Assembly (NCBI GenBank): GCA_015680685.1
Contig: MNCI01000673.1
Coordinates: 176,460-239,535 of the forward strand
Reading direction: 5' to 3'
Length of the DNA stretch: 63,076 bases
Origin: Gnetum montanum
Taxonomy: Eukaryota > Plantae > Gnetophyta
Shown here piece after piece: positions 39,091 through 52,763 of this stretch; within the stretch, counting starts at the first letter, position 1, and each line of letters begins with the position of its first letter. The notes below the pieces were generated by a model. That model saw only the letters and a program-made list of their open reading frames with translations, ran no database searches and was not told the DNA's origin. A program made the position numbers and the translations under genes.

Positions 39091-39399
39091 TACCCCCATG
39101 ACTGAATGACAACTCCTCCTCAAGTCAAAAAATCAAAATGAGAACAAGTTCATTTGATTACATAGTGGATAGGTATGGGATTATGGACTAACTATGAATT
39201 AANTAAAAAATCAAAATGAGAACAAGTTCATTTGATTACATAGTGGATAGGTATGGGATTATGGACTAACTATGAATTAAGTCATGTTGCAGTGTGGAGT
39301 TAAACAAAATAAAATTAGGACACCAACACAGAATACAAAAGACAAAATTGTTGGAATTCATGTGGTTCCTGGTGGTGGTGGCTCCTCCATGGGCCTTTT

Positions 39400-42158
39400 C
39401 CCCTTATGTTTTGCTCTAGGCTTTGGAAATGGATATCTTTGAAGGAGAATCTAAAGTTTTTCTTCTTTAGTTTGGGGATTGTGTACCATCCATGCTGATG
39501 TTCCAATATTTGATGGAGTCGGCACCTTCCATGGACATAGAAATTGTGGAAACATTTGATTGGCTTTGACGTATTAAGTCATAAACAACTATCATTCCTC
39601 CTTGTAGGCTCTAGCTTTATCTCTATATTCTTGCTAAGCTATGAGTCGTCGAGCCAACTTTGCCACAACATCTTTTTGCCCTTGGTTGCTCTCTTTCACC
39701 ACCTCTAACTCAGAATTTGCTACCTGTAATTTCTGCAGTGTCTTTTTGTGTTTAACAAATTCTACTTCATACTTGCTATAGGTGGCTACTACCTACTTTT
39801 CCAATTCTATCCTTGGACATCCTACTATCAATATGGCTAAGTTGGCATATCGTAGGTTTGCCAACTCCATGTACTTAGTGAGATCATGGATTTGCAGGTC
39901 TTGGCTCTTTAGTTTTGCTTGGTGGGTGAAGGTGTAAGTATCAAGTATGGCTCACTAGTTTGTGTTCTGAGCCCTAAAAGTGTTGATATGGGTCTTGGCC
40001 ATATGGATTTCTTTTTCAATGATTTGCTTGTACATCCCCACCTAGTCTTGAAAATGTTCCTTCAACTTTACATGTTGTTTAGTTTCATTCTGCTACGCAC
40101 TTATTTCAATGGTCATCTTATGACAGATCGCATGTACCTCCTCCATTGAGAGGATCCTATTTTCTCTGGCTAAGTGATTCATGTCCTGGTTAACTCTTAT
40201 TAATTGTTCTCACATTTGCTAGAAATTCTCCTCAAGAACATTCTTTTGTTTTTCAATTGTGGTCAACTAGAGATTCTCAGCAGCAAAGTCTTTATTTTTT
40301 TCTTTTAAGGCCTTGAGTGCTTTGACATGTGCATACATTTTATCTTGTGCCTTTGAAGCATCCCAATCAGCCTTCTCTTTTTTTCATACCACCTTTTATT
40401 CTCTTCTAATATTTTATTCAGTTGCTCTATTCGAAATGACTCTAGCTGGTCGGTAGGGATAAGTTGGGATGGATCCCGCTATGTGGCTTGCAGGGTGACA
40501 AACTTTTCTTAGAGTCTTCCCAACTTGTCTTTAGCATGTTCAGCCCTAACCTCCACCATGACTAACTTTCCCTTTATGGAAATGAGGTCTAATTGTGCTA
40601 CTGTGACATCTTGAGGGATGTCATACAAGGACATCATCACTTGTCCTATTTGTAGAAACCAATCCAAAGGATCCTCATGTTTTACAGGAGTCATTAAGGG
40701 ACCAGTTAAGAATTGAGCATCGCATGCTCTTGTGAGATCCACTGGTGGCACAACAGGGACATTGAATGATTATTTCATGTGGTATGTCACCACCTCTATT
40801 GCTCTAGCTACATCCTAGTGTTGCATGACCACTACTGTGGCACCTTCACCAATTTCTAATTATACTTGAAAAGATGCAGCTTTTCCAAAGATATGTTGTG
40901 ACCAATGTGATTCCCCTCCTCCTATTTGTATAGAAACCTCATCCCATGCATGATCAATTAAGGCCATGGTCTGTACAACATCATTAATGACCTTGAAGAG
41001 ATTAGCCTCATCACAACTTCCCCAATTGACCAATTTTGTGATGGCACTGAGATGGCTCATCGACGATCGATAATCTTATGATAGTGGTGGTGGTTGGTCT
41101 TACTGGCCTATAGGTTGCATGCTAGGCCTTGCTTCCTATTGTTGACTATGCCTCATGTCCGAAAGTTGGCTAGGCTCTACTATTTGAGGTGCAGTGGGCC
41201 CAACCATCTACTCTTGCTTAGGCTCTATTATCTCACCAACATCTTTCCTTGGTGTTGGTGGCTTTAGTAATTTAGCATATGAGGCATTTTGAGCTTTTTT
41301 AGAAATGTCATTAGTGTACCCTAGAATTCCAACATGCCAACATAGCTTCCTGATTAGATAGGGGAAAGGCAATGCAAACTCCCCCATCTTACATTCTTCA
41401 AACCACCTCAATATTGCTATGAGATATAGATGGGGTAGGTTGGCATCAACCTTACCCTTCAAGATTACACTTCCTCTAGCTGCATAGGTGGAAATTATTC
41501 TTAGTCCTTTTGTTGGGAAGATGTGATAGGTGTCAATTTTGAAATAGATTCTCTCTTCAAGGGTGAGTTCCCCATATGTTTTATCTTCCTTGCTATATGC
41601 CATTTTTAACCATATCTTTTGTGTATCAACATTAGAGCAAGTAGATAGGTGAGCAACCTTGGGCCCTGTATTCAAAAGGTTTAGAACTTCCAAAATGGCC
41701 TTAGTAGAGAAATCGATTGAAATCCCACCAATATCAGTGGTGGTACCTTCTTCCTTATTATGCCAAAATTGGTATGTCTCCCCAAAATACCATTCAACAT
41801 TCTCTGAGAGAATAGGTCATAGTGGAGATCCTTTGAGTTGATCTCTAATTGACTTAGGGGAAAATTTGATGAAGGATCCAAAATTGAGTTCCATGATCAC
41901 TATAGTTGACATGGATCTTTCTCGAATTTCCTAAACACATTCCAAGGACAACGTGAGATGTTGTCCTTATTCAAGTTCCCTACCTTCTCCATCTTTTGCA
42001 TAACTAGATTGTGTAGTAATAGGGGTTTCTTGATGGATCCTGAATGATTATGCCTCCTCCTCTACATATTCTACAGGAGGTCCTTGGCCTTTGCCTCTCC
42101 TTGGCTATTTAGATGCACCCTAAGAGGGTCCTTCCTATTGTCCTTATTTAGGGACCAT
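39400..42158 (-). pseudogene. Athila-type ORF2 (env-like/putative plant transposon protein) with Pro-rich and coiled-coil-like C-terminus, disrupted
   Basis: ATG at 42158 directly after a splice acceptor. The motif ALPFPYLIRKLCWHVGI resembles Athila ORF2. Multiple stops. The 3' end is approximate. Confidence 0.7.
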
Positions 42159-44200
42159 CTGTAATCACATAAGATCAATTGTTAGTAAGGTCATTTAACA
42201 AAATTTAATTATCTTATACCTTACTCATTACCTTTAAATGAATTCAATCCTTTCTTAGTTTGATTCAAAGTTGGAAATTTTCAAGAAAATCCCCCTAAAA
42301 GTTTTAATGTTGGGCCCAATTTGATCAGGTCACTCCAACAATAATTTTCATGGTTTGGGTGAAGAAAAAAAATTAGTTTGGCATAGGTTCTTAGCATTTC
42401 TTAACATTACCCCTATGATATCCTTCGACAATAGCGAATTTTGAAAAAGTTATGTGCAACTTGAAGCATATCCTTCCCCCACAACTAAGTTAAACACTTT
42501 AGGTTTAAGCAAGTTTAATTGAAAGAAGAATCAAAGCATTAATGAGCAAGATATTGTTGTTTAAATGATAGGTGCGCAATCTTGAAAATTCATGGAAGAA
42601 AATTGCAAGAACTCCCATTGTGTGAATAGTGGAAAATGACATTGACATGCATTGGGGAGGGGGGGGGGTGGTGTCCATATATATAGGTTTTATGGATGCG
42701 ATATCACGTACATGCAAGTGTGAACCTAATATCATGTTGGACCCGATACCAGGTACTCGATATCGTGTCCCCTCCAGAATAGGGTACATGGAAAAATTGA
42801 TAAATTTTTAAATTTTCATGCCAAGAATGAAGGATTTAAGGTAAATTTAAAAGATCTAGGGTAATGTTGAGTAGAAATTAAGGCACCAAAAGTGCATTAA
42901 AGTGAAATTATACAATAAAGTTCTTTTTGCTAAGTTTCAGGGAAAAAGGACACGTAGTGGTGCTTAGGAATGTTTGGGTTGAAATGATGATAAAGGCAAG
43001 AATAAATTTAGCAATGTAGTACTTGGAGGGTATAAGATGATGCAGTGGTGTGAAATAAGTATAAATTACAAAAGTTACACAAGTGGGTCCCTGCCAAAGT
43101 AGGTTCCAACCTATCAGGCCCTTGCATAACCACACCTTAAAATGTTTGTAGATACTAGAAGGGTTTAATAGAATCTGCACCAGTGTAACAAAACACACAC
43201 ATGTTAGATACCATTGTGATGAGGTATCAATTCTATGCCACACAAGACACAAGTTAGAAATACTTGGATAGTGTGGTGAAATGAATTGTAGAAGGGATTG
43301 CTGAGATTGGGACATGAGGTAACTTGCCCTGGGCACAATGAATCTTGATTGTGGGGTTTAATTAACATATCATTAGCCTTTTACTCCAAAATCAAGACCA
43401 AGTCTATACCTCTAACTAGTGACATCACATTGTTTCATCCAATAATGGACAACCATAAGAGCATCATGACAACAAGGTGTATGATCGCTTGGCATTTTGT
43501 ACAAGGGAGGAGTGATTTGGAATTTTTTTTCTGCAGCACATTCTTCTTGATCTTTTCTTTGTTGTTTTTATTCTTTCTTTTCTTTTTCTTCACCTAGACA
43601 CTTTGGCACTTTGTTATTTCCAACAGTGATCTGGAGAAGCCACCAACCTTCAGGCATGGATGCATGTCTTTCTAGTGGGATCCTCTAGAATAGCATTGAG
43701 TTTCTTTATTGAGTGTCTTTATTACTCTTACTTCCATTTTTCATTAGATCTACAGGGACCTTAGTACAACCAAGTTGCATGATAGCACATAAAGATGTCA
43801 CTAAAGAGAATCCATAAGTCCCCTTGATGTCACACCCTAGCCATTCCCTCTTAGTCCATTTTTTGCTCTAGGCATAATGAGTACAAGGTTACTTTCAGTT
43901 TTAATGATGACAAGAATATCATCATACCTAGAGTAGAACCTCTTATTAATAGAATGGATGGGTGGATGTTGTGGGCTCAGTATCCAAATAATTAGTCACC
44001 CGTGACTTAATAGCATAGAACAACACCTCAATCGACAAGTCACATGAGTATTTTATTCATTGATGAGATTATCCTTAAAAAGATGAAACATCAAATTGAA
44101 AGATGAAAAATTAGAAAAAAAAAATTGGAAAACAAAACATTGTAAAACCAAAGAAAAGGAAAAACATTTACTAACTATGTTTATTAAAATTGGGGGGGGG

Positions 44201-46494
44201 TTATCCCCCATAACTAAACCTTTCAGCATGGCTAGAATTAATAAATGGAAAATTTGGATCCATGCATGTTGGAAATGTTGGGGTTTGGTCATATCCAAAC
44301 CACTGGGTGTTATTTGATGTGGTGGTAGGAATGTACCCAACTTGGGGTTCACACACTTGATTAAAGTAGGCATAGTAGGGTAGATTATAAGATGTGATCA
44401 TGTGGGAAGAAGCTAACCCACTATGGCACCTGTGACCATAAGATGGTATGCAAGGATTGATATTTCTTCCTATGTGTTTGTATCCATTAGGTTTCATGGT
44501 TGTTGGAGCATAAATTAATGGCATGAATGAGGTAATAGGAGGCATTGAGTTCAAGGAGGAAGATACATCATAGCACTAGGCTTGTGCTAAGTTGGAGGAT
44601 GCTTCCAACATTATGGAGGACTTCCACTATTGTTGACAGTAATAGCATAAGTAATGTTCGGGGGTTGGTGCTATGGTGCAAAACCTTCTAGCATAATTGG
44701 TGGCGATGTAGAAGGAGGTGAAGGATGAGAATATTGAGGGTGAGGAGAAGTGTAAGGAACATGAGGTGGTGATTCCATGGGAGAGGATATGGGTTGACAA
44801 TATTCAGGAGAATAATAATGATGAGGTGAAGTAGAGGATATTGATCCAATCAGAGAAACAGGGTGTTGAACATAATAAGAATTTGGTGTTGGGGTATATG
44901 AAGGGTGTGGTTTATTTAGCGGTGGCCTTCCCCATGATTGGGGGTTTTACCACTACAGTTGGACACAGTACTTCTGTACGAAATCTAGATATAACATTTC
45001 TTCCTAGTGCTCATGTAAATGTGCAATATTGGGCATTGGATTTTGGGGTGATTGTACAGACACACATCACATTGATACTTATGATTTGTAGTTGAGTGCC
45101 TATCCTTATTTCCTTCAATCCTTCTTTTCGATTGACGAATGATGCTATGCCTTGTTTCTAAGTTTGGAATCCTTTGTTTGTTCTAGTTGTCAGAGTGATC
45201 TTGCATGGTTCTACCTCTAATAATGTTTGTATATTCCTCACATTTTTCATGTATCCATTCTATCATTTTACTAATCTTTGCCTCAATCTCATCTAGCGAT
45301 TTTAGTATTGGAAAAGATGGAGATGATTCCACCTCCTTGAGATGAGTTGATTTCTCCTCTTCATGGACCTTTGTTATTTTAAGATTTTTGTCCTATTGAG
45401 ATCTTTCAACATTCTCCCAATTAGCTATTTCTCTTTCTTCTTTTGCTACCCACTTAATAAGCTCTTAGAATTGTTGGGTTCGTAGTTCATATAGTTGACC
45501 TAGGACATACATCCCTGAGTCTCCCTTGTTTCATTACGGAGCCCATCCATGATGTGATAAATTAGCCTTTCCTCAGAGAACCCATGGACTAGGTAGTTGT
45601 TTAACATTGAGTAATATCTTTCAAGGCCATGTCCAAGAGTTCATGTTGCCCTTTTTTCCACTCTTGGATTTGCCTCCTCAAGGCTGACATCCTTGCACAA
45701 GTTTGATATCTTTCATTAAAGAGTTCTATGATTGTCATCCAACAGTGAATGGATTTTGGTTTTAAAGACCTATACCATACTTTTTCTTGGCCAATGAGTG
45801 TCATAGGAAAGAGCTAAAGTCTTTGCCACCCATTATCAATGTTGTTCCATGCATAGGCATCATAGAAGGATTGTAAATGATGTTGTAGATCTAAATCGTA
45901 GCTTCCTGAAAACTTGGGAAAGTTATTAAAATCAAGCCTAGATAGATGGATTTCCTTATGATGCCTACGAGATATTCAAATAGCCTCTTGTATATGCATT
46001 AGGCTCTTAGTGTCCAGTAGGGGTTCATTGTCACTAAGTAGGTTATGAGTTTGTGAGTTGGAATGATGTTGTCTTTGTTCATGTTGGTGTTCCTGACTTT
46101 GCCCTTGGGTTTGATTTTTATTTCTATGCCCACTCCTTGAGAAATGGCCATCTGTGTCACAACTTGACATTGAAGGAGTAGAGGAAGAGAAAGAACTGAA
46201 AGACTCATCATTACTTTTGTAAGTCTTCCAATCATCCCCTAATGTACTCTTGCTAACCATTGAGAAGGTCCTAGGCCCTATGGGCCCCCTCATTCTATGG
46301 AATGTTCCATCCTTACTAAAGGTGTTTGAGTTGGATGACAAGAGTCCTTGAGTATTATTGGGGCGTTCATGAACATATGAGACTCCTACGTAAGATTGAG
46401 AACTCCACATTTCTTTGTCATCATATATTTTGTTGGTTCTCCAATGAATTGCCTTACTAGTTGTTGTGTTAACAATGTGTAGTGAGAGAGACAT
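44201..46494 (-). pseudogene. Athila-like gag with Pro/Tyr-rich tail, disrupted
   Basis: FPKFSGSYDLDLQHHLQ and FPMTLIGQEKVWYRSLKPKSIHCWMTIIELFNERY. No protease, RT, RH or INT follows. Confidence 0.8.
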
Positions 46495-46628
46495 GTTGTT
46501 GTGAATTGTGTATGACTTATTTGTAATTAATTTCTTTCTAAAACTTTTTTTGCTGATAGTTCATTACAACAATCTTGTATGATATAACTAATCTAGATAA
46601 CTAGCACCCTCCCCAACAACGGTGCCAA

Positions 46629-47493
46629 TGATGAGCAGTGAGGTACCCCTATGCTCAACCATACGAATATGAGCATGTATGTGCGATTCAGTCAAAGTCT
46701 ATAGATGGACTAGTTGTGGCACCTAGATAGTTGCATGTTGATCATAGTTCACTATCTTCCCACTTGGACTAGTATTTGCTTTGTCATGTATGGTTTAGTC
46801 CAAAGTGAGGTGTATGATGTGATTTCTAATTACTATGCTACTTCTAAAGACAATGAGAAATAACTTGAGTAGACTAATAAATAATGGAAAATAAAATCTA
46901 AGCTAGCCTAAGTGTGATGAGCATCCATCCTTCATTATCCGTACACATCTTGGACCTCATGTACTACTTCTAAGATTGCCAAGAGCACATTACTTGAGCA
47001 CTACTAAATATGCTATTGGATTACCAAGTAGTTACACTTTAAATGTTCATGATTAAGATGTACTCATTCTGCATTAACAATAGGAATAGTAAATGAGGAT
47101 AAAGAAATATTAACTAGAAAAATAATAAATAATAATTAACAATTAAACAATTAAAGACTAAGTGAATGCTGCAATGATGGAGTAATCTCAATCTTTATTA
47201 TTGATTGTGTATGTGTCCAAGTACATCACGCTCGAAAAAAGGTTCCGTATAATTACAAACATCACATTGTAGGCATGAACTTGGGAAAGAACTAAAAACT
47301 AACTAAAAACTGACAAAAATACTTGACCCTAAAGACTTACCAACCGACTCCTTTCTTGTGCACCTAAGTGCTATATTTATAGGCCAACACAGGAATCATA
47401 ATATTGTGTAGTCAATATCGTTATCTAGGCTATGATATCACGTACTCGATATCAAGTACTCAATATCGAGGCTTGGAAAATCATGATTCATCA
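46629..47493 (-). repeat. 5' LTR of Athila-like copy A
   Basis: Adjacent to the PBS, with a minus-strand TATAAAT at about 47374-47380 preceded by a GATATC array. Confidence 0.92.
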
Positions 47494-47842
47494 CTCTTGG
47501 ATCTCTTTAGATTTAGTATGGCAAGTTGGACATTGTAAATATGAATAATGTTTTTAAGATGTGTGACATTGGATCATGACAGTTGAAGAGACATAGAGTT
47601 TTGGATGAGGTTAAGAGAAGTTAGTAATTAAATAAACCCAATTTCATGAGATATAGGACCATTAAAGGAGTTACTAGAGAGGCCAAGAATCTTAAACCTG
47701 GAGCAGAAGTCATAGAGATTTGCAAGAATATGGCCAATGGATAAATTCTCATGTAGGTTAAGTTGCTACAGATGGAAAATTTTGCCAAGATGTGGGGATA
47801 TTGAATCTTGGATTTAGGATTCAGGTCTTACAAGAATAAACT

Positions 47843-48365
47843 AACTTGTAGATTAGGGTAATAATTAATGATTAAGTCATAGAATACGAAGATCAAATGA
47901 ACAAAACTCCAAATTAGTGAACACCATTGATGAATTTGATAAAATAGTTTTATGAGCCATAGATATAGAATGTAGAATATTAAATTTTTGAAGAAGGCTT
48001 AGTTATACCATTAACATGATATTGAGTAGATTTTTAAAATTCTTACATCTTAGTTTTAATTTTAAAACTTATAATGCAAGATAAAAGCATGTTCAAATTT
48101 GAATATACTTTGAAGGCAACTATAAAATCTAGCTTTGATCTTTTAGGATTCATGGTCCTTGCATAATTCAACTAAGAGAAAGCTAGGTGAAATAAGTATG
48201 AACTAAACTAAATAAGAAATTGAAGTTGCATTTGAGGGCATAAGCTTAAAAAAAAATTTATAAACCATCTATTGTAAAAACACAACATAACTCTATTCTT
48301 CTACTTCTCGAAACACTGGAGGTTTCAACATGAAAAAGACTCAAGTTTTATGTGCTCATACATTA
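47843..48365 (+). repeat. Dispersed repeat of about 500 bp, copy 2
   Basis: Similar to 26173-26665. Confidence 0.75.
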
Positions 48366-50501
48366 ATTTTATAATATGTATGGATAATATGTATGGAGTG
48401 CATCCTCCATTGAGTTAACAACATTAGATAAACCTTATTACATTAAGAATTAACATAAAAGATAAAAATAATTTTTATTTATAATTTAAAAATTAATCAA
48501 AATAATTAAGTTATGTTACTATAGTCATAAATGTAAATGTATATAAACATCCAAAGTGATCAAGGTAAGAGGTGGTTAAATTATACAACATATTCTAATA
48601 ATAAAAATTGGTTAGAGAAACTTGTACTAGCTACCCTACATATGGCTAAACGCCATTTAAAAATCTTGAAATTTTTATAGGTGAACTTAGAGTAGACTAT
48701 GCCTCATGTAATTAACCATAACTATCAAAAGCCCTACAAGGAAGTAAATCACATAATCAACATTTAGATGCAAGTATTGTTTAAAGCCTAGTTAAGTAGA
48801 AATATGTTAATCACATTGTAGCAAAAGACATGTGATCAACAAAGCACACATCACATAGTTAAAGGTACATAATAGGATTTTTATATAAACTAGCAATACA
48901 TTAATTATACAATACACATAATCACAACTTTATGAGAGTGAACCATTAAACTAAAGTCATATCCAAGAAAGGAGCACTTAGTAATCCTATTTCACTCTAC
49001 GATAGGAATTAGCTAAATCCATAAAGCCCCTTCCACTTTGTTTTATCTACCTAAAGGTGGAACAAGCAATAGGAAAAGGAACCACATAAGAATCTTATCG
49101 ATCCAAATTGCCTACATACCTATGATATTATAGAGAATTATGTTTCCACATAGTTCAACAACTACCAAAGATGGTTACAAAAACATGAAACTCAAGTTTG
49201 AACTTGATGCCTTTTTGACCCCATTCTAAAGTGGAAAAATATTTAAACTTCAAATGCCTAACAAGGCATATCCTATTACACTCTAGCTCACTTAAAAGAA
49301 GTGACATCCATAGAGCTTAAATCAATTACCTATACAATATTTTTAAATATGGAGAGTGGAATGGATATTGAGACTATTGAACAACTCAAAATCCATCCAA
49401 ATAATAATTAGGTATTAGCCTAGATGTAAGACTCTATTTAGAAACTTCAAGTTATTATTTTGATTTTGGTGAGTAATAATGTTTATCTATAAATTTTTAA
49501 TTTGATTATATCTTAAGGGTATACATTGTTAAATTTTTTTTGTATGTTTCAACACTATCCTTGCTAATTCCTTTGTCTGTTATAGTTACACGAGGACATG
49601 GAGTTGATCTCTTGCATCTAATGATTTGGCTTTGTATCTAAATTTTCCCTAGGAAATGCATTATGCTAGTGCAATCTATATTACTCAGCACTTACAAGAA
49701 TTTAGGTTAGCATCGATGTTGCATTATTCAGGTTCCATCACATGTACGACAATATTCTTTTTTACCCATTTTGGAATTTCAAGTTCTCATCTTACTTTTA
49801 CTTTTCTTATCACCTTTTCCCATTCTTGCTTTTCCTTGTTTTAAATATGTACACTTAGATGACATCAATTCTATGCTCAACTAATTCAAAATTGAAACTT
49901 GTAGAAGCTTTCTCATTTGATTAGAATAATAAGAATAAGCTAAACCTTGGTGTTCTAAGAAAATAACTTATTCCAAAACTCATCATTCACCTAAACATAG
50001 CTATGCATTATTTAAGATAAATAAGTAAAGAGAGCTATAATTTTCTAATGTAGATTAAAAGAAAAAATAAATTAGATAAGTTGAACCTTTTTAGAATGCC
50101 ATTAAAAAAATAATTTTTGCAAGCTTTTTCCAAAAATGTCTTTTGTTTCTCCCCCTTTTTACAAATTTTCTTAAAGCTTTATATAGTAGCTTTTGGAAAT
50201 TATAGTAGTTACAAAATTATGTCTTAATCAATTTTACATTCTTCTCATAGATTTGCAAACTATTAGATAGTTGTTTAACCTCCTGATAAGCTTTCTTTAT
50301 TTTCTAAATCTAGTGCCCTTCTATTCATAATTGTTGAGCTAAATTCCCATGATTAAAAAGAAATTTTTTGGTTTAATTCAATGTAGCTGGCTTAATGTTG
50401 TTGAGTTTCTTAATAATATATTTTGCTTTTGTTTCACTGACACCTAATTTGGTTAATGAATTAGTTAGCTCATTTAATGTAGCACCTATGATTGAACAAA
50501 T

Positions 50502-51286
50502 TGATGTGGATATTAAACAAGCCAAAGTAACATCTCTCCATTGATGAGATCTTTCCTTGGAGTTTTGGCATGTTTGGGAGTATTTTAGGGTCATTTTGAG
50601 GACTTTAGGGTGTTTTGGGGGCTATGGGGACTTTTTGGAAGGTGTTCAGAGGTTCCAAGCCTCAAAACAAGCATCTTTAACTTTGACTCTAGTATGAAAG
50701 ATGTGTTTATAGATAGTTAGATGTCTTCACTACGTATTAGATGTCTTTTTCACCTTAAAGATGTCTTCTTTGATAAGTTCTACACTCAGGAGAGATGTCT
50801 CCTATTCCTCAAAGATGTCTTCTCTGATAACTTTTGCTCTCAAGAGAGACATCTTCTGTTTCTCAAAGAAATCTTCCATGGATTTTAATGAACATTCAAT
50901 TGAATGATAAATTAGAGGAAAGATGGAAGGACAAGAGGGAAAAGGTATAAATAGACCTCTTGGGCCTTCAATTTGATCAAGGGAGTCAGAAGAGAGTTTG
51001 AAGAGAGAGTCTAGGAAGAGAGAGGTGATTGAGAGAAGAGTAGAGAGAGATAGAGTCTTGGCAAAGTGCCTTGATTATCATCCATGTGAGTGTATGTTTT
51101 CTTTGATTGAGTTTGTGAGAGTTGGATTTAATATCTTATTTGTCCTTGGGAATTTGTGCTTCTTTTCATATGTAAATTTCACATTTGAGAAAGAATAAAG
51201 CTTTCATTTTCCTTTTCTTGTTTGAATTTACTATTTTGTGACTTTGAGAGAGCTTGGATTATGTAATTCATTGTAGCTCCTTATTA
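50502..51286 (+). repeat. 5' LTR of the CRM-like element, containing about 51-bp internal tandem repeats
   Basis: Matches 60651-60976. aaagatgtcttct.tgataa is repeated. TATAAATA at about 50946. Confidence 0.8.
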
Positions 51287-51833
51287 GATTGGTACCAGAG
51301 TAGCTTGGAATTGAAGACAATTGCATTCAGGTAGATAATTCTCATCTCAAGTACAAAGAATCACTCCAAATTCTCAAGCTTGGATGAATTCTCTCTTGCT
51401 ACTTGTTCTACTCATCCTAGGGTTTTAAAATTTCCCTTTGATTTCTAAGTTTGTCATATCTTTCAAGAATTGGAAGATAATTTTGGAATTGGACACTCAT
51501 TATCTTGTAATATCTAGGGTTTGAAGTTCTTATGCTCATTTCTCTTGAGATTTGAGAATCTCTTATCTCATTCCATGAGAAATCTTGAAAATTTCACCTT
51601 TCCTTATAGAGTTTTATGAAAATTTCCTTTTAGATCAATTTTTGTCATGCCTCTAAAGAAGAAGATAGTTCAAGCTTTGTTAAGAAACATGGATGACATG
51701 AGAAATTCTCTCAAGCTTATTGTTGAGAAAATTGAAAACCTTGGAGAGAAAAAAGAACTTGCTTCTTCACCAAAAGCATCTAAGAAAGGGTACAAGTCAT
51801 GCAATTCTTCACCATGGCATTCTTCAAGACATT

Positions 51834-52763
51834 TGATGAATCGTGATTTGTCAGGTGCTAATATCAAACCCTTGACATTAGACCCTTGATAACCAGGTGT
51901 TGATATCTAATCCTTGACATCGGACCCTTGATATCAGACCCTCAATGTTGGGTACGTGATATCGCAGCTTGGATAATGATATCAGATACATGATATCGTG
52001 GTTCTTGTGCAAGCCTGTAAATACACATTTGGATGCATAGGAAAATGGGAGTTAGTTAGTGTTGGAGTAGAGTCTTTTTTATCAATTTCAATTCATTTCA
52101 ATCCTTTCCCCAATGCATGCTCGCAGTGTGATGATTGTAATTGTATGGAACCTTTATTCGAGTGTGACGTACTTGGACATGCACATGACCAGTAATAAAG
52201 ATCGAGATTACTCCATCATTGTAGCATTCACTTAGTTCTAATTGTTTAATAATTATTGTTATTTATTGTTTTCTTACTTAATATTTATTTACCATCATTT
52301 ACTATTCCTATTGTTAATTATGGAATGGGTATGACTTAATCACGAAAATTTAAGTGTAACTACTGGGTAACCTAGTAGTGTATCTAGGAGCACTCAAGTA
52401 ATATACGCTTGGTAATCCTAGAAGTAGTACATGAGGTCTAAGATGTGCATGGATGATTAAGGGATAGATGCTCATCGCACCTAGACTAGTTTAGATTTTG
52501 CTTCTCATAGCCTATTAGCTTAAAACAAGATTATTTTTCATTGTCTTTAGGAGTAGCACTAGTTTAGGATCATATCATACACCTCACTCTAGACTAAACC
52601 ATATGTGACAAAGCAAATACTAGTCTAGGTGGGAAGATAGCGAACTGTGATCAACGTGTAGCTATCTAGATATTACAACTAGTCCATCTACGGAGTTTAT
52701 CCAAATCGTGCATACATGCTCATATTTGTATGCTTGAGTGTAGGGATTCCTCACCAGTCATCA
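51834..52763 (+). repeat. 5' LTR of Athila-like copy B
   Basis: TGATGA...TCATCA termini, colinear with 56962-57891. Confidence 0.92.

Larger units (their letters stand above)
38226..47493 (-). mobile_element. Non-autonomous Athila-like Ty3/Gypsy element, copy A (gag and ORF2, no pol)
   Basis: TSD CTCTT at 38221-38225 and 47494-47498. 865-bp LTRs TGATGA...TCATCA. Asp-tRNA-type PBS rc TGGCACCGTTGTTGGGGA at about 46610-46627. GGGGG-type PPT at about 39093-39097. Confidence 0.93.
34950..47545 (+). mobile_element. Degenerate, internally deleted Ty1/Copia (Ale/Retrofit-like), interrupted in RNase H by an Athila-like element
   Basis: PBS tggtattagagc at 35164. VKLPNG, integrase DIWDPYKTPS..LTIVDDLTRCTWVFLM, RT LESNNTW / YVDDII, RNase H DNKATLHIVANPIFHRQIKHIEI..LFIKPL, resuming after 47498. 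The 5' LTR start is approximate and no 3' LTR was found. Confidence 0.85.

Noticed and set aside
39127-39280. Perfect 76-bp-scale tandem duplication
   Set aside because: Identical copies flank a single N (39203), so this is most likely an unmerged contig overlap.
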